From Candidatus Angelobacter sp. (GTDB taxonomy: Bacteria; Acidobacteriota; Terriglobia; Terriglobales; Acidobacteriaceae), in assembly GCA_036495645.1 (NCBI GenBank), contig DASXMN010000011.1, positions 62,940 to 126,939 of the forward strand: a stretch of 64,000 nt of DNA. The letters run 5' to 3'. The notes beneath the pieces were generated by a model. The model searched no databases, was not told where the DNA came from, and was given only the letters and a program-made list of their open reading frames with translations. Positions 60,237 through 64,000 of this stretch are shown piece after piece (within the stretch, counting starts at the first letter, position 1; each line of letters starts with the position of its first letter). The translations under genes and the position numbers were made by a program.

Positions 60237-61877
60237 ATGCCCGATAACGAGCAGTTGTACCTCAGACCGAACATACAGGTTGAGCCTTTGATCGATGGCT
60301 GGTACGCCTGGCCTCACCTTATTCCTCCCGCAACTGCGGCAAGAAACATAACCGAGCGTCATATGAAAATCATGGATTCCTACATCAATATGCCGCTGGT
60401 CCATGCGAATGCGGTCAAAAACCCTAAAATGCTGGGCGGACCGTTCATCGATTATGGAGGGAAACGGGTCGATGAGATTCGTGCCTTGCGGAACCATATT
60501 AAGCGGGAGCGTGCGCACCTGATTGAATTATCCGCTGCACTCGTAGAACTGGACGTCGCATTGAGGGGAAGCGCGAAGGGGTACAGCCTGCTTCCTTTAT
60601 ACGAGAAAATTCCAGCCATCCTGCGAGGTTATGTAGAGCTCGTTTACGACCTGAACAATCATCCTTCTTTCCGCCTGATCGAACCATTGCTGTACAGAAG
60701 CCGCTATTATGACCGCTCACAGCAGAGCGTGAGACTTTCGAAGATATCAAATGACGATCGGCCATTTGTGCTGAGTACGCCCAGGCTGGAAAGCGACGAC
60801 GCGCTTCATCTCCATATTCCATTCGATAGTCCGGTGATCGACGATCTGTTCCGGCTGAAGTCATCTCACCGTCCATGGTGCGAGATCAAGGAAATGCTTC
60901 AGGTACCGGCTTCCCATGATGAGCTGCTGCGCTCCTTCCTTACGCCGGAGCCGTCGCCGCACTATTCGCCTTATACCGGTCCCGGGGTGCGCTGGAGATA
61001 TTTTGGGCACGCCTGCATCCTGATAGAGTCGCAGGGCGCCAGCATGGTATTTGACCCGGTCCTCAGCTATACCTACGAGAACGGAATTTCCCGCTACACT
61101 TATCTCGATTTGCCCGACGAGATCGATTACGTCTTAATAACCCATAATCATCAGGACCACATCCTGTTTGAAACCTTGCTGCAAATCCGGCACAAGATCA
61201 AGAATATTGTCGTGCCGCGCAATAATCCTGGCCATCTCCAGGACCCTTCTCTGAAACTCATTCTCGAGAATTGCGGCTTCCGAAACGTGATTGAGTTGAA
61301 CGAACTTGAGGAAATCCGCGTTGGAAACCTGTCCATCACTGGACTTCCTTTTCTTGGCGAGCATGCAGACCTGGACATTCATAGCAAAATGTCATGGTTG
61401 GTCAAGCTGGGGTTGCACACCCTGCTGTTTGCAGCAGATTCCTGCAACATCGACCCCGCACTGTATGAACATCTGCACAGGGAATTCGGAGATGTAGATG
61501 CACTTTTCCTCGGAATGGAATGCGATGGCGCCCCGCTGAGCTGGCTCTATGGACCGCTTCTTTCCAAGAAGCTTGAGCGCGGCATGGATGAATCGAGGCG
61601 GCTTGCCGGCTCCAATTATGAACAAGCAATGAACATCGTTAATTCCCTTAACTGCAGGGAAGCATACGTTTATGCCATGGGACAGGAGCCGTGGCTGAAT
61701 TACATCATGAGCGTAAAATACACAGAGCAATCACGCCCGATTATGGAATCGACCAAACTAATTAATGCTTGTCACGAACGCGGAATCGTCGCGGAAAGGC
61801 TCTACGGAGAAAAAGAAATTCTTCTGGAACCGAAGTCTGCTCCACATGTAGCGCAACCGGTGGCCATAAGAGCGTGA
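60237..61877 (+). CDS. CmlA-like non-heme diiron beta-hydroxylase (N-terminal domain + metallo-beta-lactamase fold)
   Basis: 546 aa. The C-terminal half has the MBL signature ITHNHQDH plus downstream acidic/His ligand candidates (GEHADLD, FAADSC, GMECDG). The ~250-aa N-terminal domain and overall size match CmlA-type enzymes, which hydroxylate carrier-bound amino acids. Confidence 0.55.
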   Translation: MPDNEQLYLRPNIQVEPLIDGWYAWPHLIPPATAARNITERHMKIMDSYINMPLVHANAVKNPKMLGGPFIDYGGKRVDEIRALRNHIKRERAHLIELSAALVELDVALRGSAKGYSLLPLYEKIPAILRGYVELVYDLNNHPSFRLIEPLLYRSRYYDRSQQSVRLSKISNDDRPFVLSTPRLESDDALHLHIPFDSPVIDDLFRLKSSHRPWCEIKEMLQVPASHDELLRSFLTPEPSPHYSPYTGPGVRWRYFGHACILIESQGASMVFDPVLSYTYENGISRYTYLDLPDEIDYVLITHNHQDHILFETLLQIRHKIKNIVVPRNNPGHLQDPSLKLILENCGFRNVIELNELEEIRVGNLSITGLPFLGEHADLDIHSKMSWLVKLGLHTLLFAADSCNIDPALYEHLHREFGDVDALFLGMECDGAPLSWLYGPLLSKKLERGMDESRRLAGSNYEQAMNIVNSLNCREAYVYAMGQEPWLNYIMSVKYTEQSRPIMESTKLINACHERGIVAERLYGEKEILLEPKSAPHVAQPVAIRA

Positions 61878-62236
61878 CCCCAATGTGAACCTTGGCGCTA
61901 CGGCAGTCGACAAGATGGAAATGATGGCAATTCCCATGTTTGCCGATGATTCCTTTCACTCTCCTTATTTCGATCGGTCGTATACGCAGCTTTCGCCCAC
62001 AACGACACTCGTAAAACTGCGAGGGATTAAGGTATTTGAGTTAATAAACCGATTGCGCGTTCCAAAATAGAACAGCTCTGCTTTTCCAGCTCTCAATTAC
62101 GATTGAATCAGACTAATGAATCTTGTTTAATTGGTTTACTAGCCGCTGGCCCCTTCTCACCTTGACCGGACTGGCGTCTTAATCACCACGATCTTCGACC
62201 GTGTGCAGCGGTAGTTTTTTCTGGCACCGGCGCTCG

Positions 62237-64000
62237 ATGAGGTTCTGTTCTGTGGACGCACGCGTTAAGCCCGTTGCCTTGATAAGCATGCCCTGCCTTT
62301 CTGCGCGCTTTCCTTCCTTTCAGCTTGCGCTGCTTAAACCCACTCTCGAAGAGGCAGGCATTCCAGCACAGCCCTTTTCCATGTTTATGTACCTGGGCAA
62401 CCAGATTGGCTGGCGCATCAGTGAAACCATTGCTGACGTATGGCCTTCGCTGGTCGGCGAGTGGATCTGGTCCAAGGCCGCATTTGGCGATGAAATCAAC
62501 ACGGACGACGACGAAGAATACTTTGCCGCGCATGAAAATGTGTTTGCCGCCGTTTGTCATTATGGCAAATGTACTCTGGATGACCTGCGTCGCGTTCGCT
62601 ATGAGTCTGCTCCTCAATTCATTGATTTTTGTGTGAATAGCACAGACTGGAACCGCTTCGGGTTGATCGGCTTCACCGTAGTGTTCCAGCAGCTTATTGC
62701 AAGCCTGGCCCTGGCCCGCGCTTTGAAGCAAAAGTATCCGCATATTCCAATCGTTCTGGGCGGAGCCAGCCTGGAAGACGATATCGCAGACGAAGTGATG
62801 AAAGGCTGCCCGAAGGTTGACTATGTGCATTGTGGCGACGCTGAAATCTCTTTTCCTAAAATGGTGCACAGGCTTTATGCCGGTCAGAGCATGGAAGGCG
62901 TTCCCGGCATCATGTGGCGTAATCGCGAAGGCGAGGTGCGCTATGCCGGGCGTGCGCCCAATTTTCTGAATATGAATGACACACCTGTACCCGATTTTGA
63001 CGAATATTTTTACGCTCGCAAGGCCAGCGGCTATGAGGCATCCCCCGGCGCACGTGAACCGCTGCTCCCCTTTGAAGCCGCGCGTGGTTGCTGGTGGGGA
63101 GAAAAGAACCATTGCACTTTCTGCGGCCTGAACCGTTCAGGGATGGAATTTCGCGCCAAGGATGCAGACAAGGTGATTGAGCAGTTGGATGTGCTTTCCC
63201 GTCGCTACGGCCAGCTTCAATTCAATGCCATAGATAACATCATGGCGCCCGAATACACGGAAAAGCTTTTCGGTAAACTCGCGGCCGCCAACAGTGACAT
63301 TAAGGTCCACTATGAGATTAGGCCAAATTTCTCCCGCCAGCAGCTCTCGCGGCTCAGACGTGGGGGATTGTTCTCCGTGCAGCCCGGCGTTGAGAGTCTC
63401 TCCACTAACATTCTCAAGATTATGCGCAAGCTTTCCACCGGCATGCGCAATGTGGAACTTATTAAGTGGTGCACGTACTACGGAATCAATAATCTCTACA
63501 ACATTCTATGCCGTTTCCCAGGTGAGACCGTTGAGGACTACGCAAGCCAGTGCGAGGTAATCGCCAGAATTCCACATTTCCAACCGCCTTATGCAATCGT
63601 AAGGGCGCGGGCAGATCGCGGATCGCCCATGTACACAGAGTCGGCATCGCAATCCATTTCAGATCTGGTCCCGGCCAGGTGCTACAACTACCTGCTGCCT
63701 CGAGGCAAATTCAATTTGTATCGCATCTCCTACTACTTTGAGCACAAGATGGCCAACACCGTGGATGATTCGGTTTATGACGAAATTTTCCGTCGCGTAG
63801 AAGCTTGGCAGGAGCAGTGGAAAAATGCCAGGCGTCCTTACCTGCGCTATCAGAAGGCATGGTCCTCCATCCGCGTTTTAGATGGAAGAGGTGAGAACCT
63901 GCGCACTTTTGTCATCGCAGACGAGCCGGCAGCGCTCTATGAGTACTGCGCTGAAGCCCGGACACCGCGTGACATCGCTGCGAAATTCGGCGCTGAGCCG
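62237..64000 (+). CDS. B12-binding-domain radical SAM enzyme (class B, RiPP-maturase/C-methyltransferase-like), 3' end beyond window
   Basis: It is not in the ORF track because there is no stop in the window. My translation from ATG 62237 reads MRFCSVDARVKPVALISMPCLSARFPSFQLALLKPTLEEAGIP...IVLGGASLEDD...PFEAARGCWWGEKNHCTFCGLN...SVQPGVESLS... It has the radical SAM cluster motif CxxxxxxxCxxC and a B12-like N-terminal domain, and stays open to nt 64000. The minus-strand ORF 62183-63112 is its antisense shadow. Confidence 0.75.
   Translation, partial: MRFCSVDARVKPVALISMPCLSARFPSFQLALLKPTLEEAGIPAQPFSMFMYLGNQIGWRISETIADVWPSLVGEWIWSKAAFGDEINTDDDEEYFAAHENVFAAVCHYGKCTLDDLRRVRYESAPQFIDFCVNSTDWNRFGLIGFTVVFQQLIASLALARALKQKYPHIPIVLGGASLEDDIADEVMKGCPKVDYVHCGDAEISFPKMVHRLYAGQSMEGVPGIMWRNREGEVRYAGRAPNFLNMNDTPVPDFDEYFYARKASGYEASPGAREPLLPFEAARGCWWGEKNHCTFCGLNRSGMEFRAKDADKVIEQLDVLSRRYGQLQFNAIDNIMAPEYTEKLFGKLAAANSDIKVHYEIRPNFSRQQLSRLRRGGLFSVQPGVESLSTNILKIMRKLSTGMRNVELIKWCTYYGINNLYNILCRFPGETVEDYASQCEVIARIPHFQPPYAIVRARADRGSPMYTESASQSISDLVPARCYNYLLPRGKFNLYRISYYFEHKMANTVDDSVYDEIFRRVEAWQEQWKNARRPYLRYQKAWSSIRVLDGRGENLRTFVIADEPAALYEYCAEARTPRDIAAKFGAEP

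Noticed and set aside
62183-63112. This is a 309-aa minus-strand ORF.
   Set aside because: It is antisense to the + strand radical SAM gene, which has a clear B12-domain plus CxxxxxxxCxxC signature and stays open to the window end. The minus-strand translation has no recognisable motifs.
1-64000. I looked for CRISPR arrays, tRNA/rRNA genes, intact IS elements or transposases, prophage genes, MbtH-like proteins and phosphopantetheinyl transferases.
   Set aside because: I scanned by eye for regularly spaced short repeats, T-arm GGTTCGA-type motifs, DDE/integrase-like ORFs, the MbtH Trp/Pro pattern and Sfp-like ORFs. None was found. Small ncRNAs cannot be excluded without covariance-model searches.

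Overview
This is probably an Acidobacteria-type chromosomal segment, inferred from an ADOP-family duplicated orphan permease and characteristic intergenic repeats. Region nt 1-9.6 kb is a minus-strand acyl-CoA/aromatic-acid catabolic locus. It holds the Mo-enzyme large and 2Fe-2S subunits of the xanthine dehydrogenase (XDH) family, a split two-subunit CoA-transferase, a BoxB-like diiron oxygenase, an aldehyde dehydrogenase, an enoyl-CoA hydratase and a TetR regulator. Its intergenic spacers are filled with inverted pairs of a REP/MITE-like element. Region 9.9-11.4 kb carries a lipoprotein gene with a clean terminator. Region 11.5-13.2 kb carries decayed remnants (a frameshifted PIN toxin and a possible integrase fragment) around a type II thioesterase gene. 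Region 13.2-55.9 kb is one co-directional minus-strand operon encoding a hybrid NRPS-PKS assembly line, referred to here by transcription order. NRPS1 is C-A-T-C-A-T-C-T. NRPS2 is C-A-T-C-A-T-C-A*-T, where A* is a decayed A domain. The PKS is KS-AT-T. A hydroxymalonyl-ACP cassette follows (3-hydroxyacyl-CoA DH, ACP, acyl-CoA DH, FkbH-like). NRPS3 is C-A-T-E-C-A-T and NRPS4 is A(N-MT)-T-C-A-T. The operon ends with an ADOP permease and a saccharopine-dehydrogenase-like oxidoreductase. To the right (56.4 kb to beyond 64 kb) lie a Zn-alcohol dehydrogenase, an MFS exporter, a heme-oxygenase-like iron enzyme, a CmlA-like diiron beta-hydroxylase and a B12-binding radical SAM enzyme that runs off the window. 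The most interesting points are as follows. The cluster looks orphan. It has no chain-release domain in the window. One module lacks an A domain and another has a gutted A domain. The last megasynthetase gene starts with a loading-type module, and duplicated docking heads and tails suggest a non-colinear order. A ~1.37-kb A-core cassette is copied between two NRPS genes. All calls come from reading the supplied translations and sequence by eye; no database search was run.
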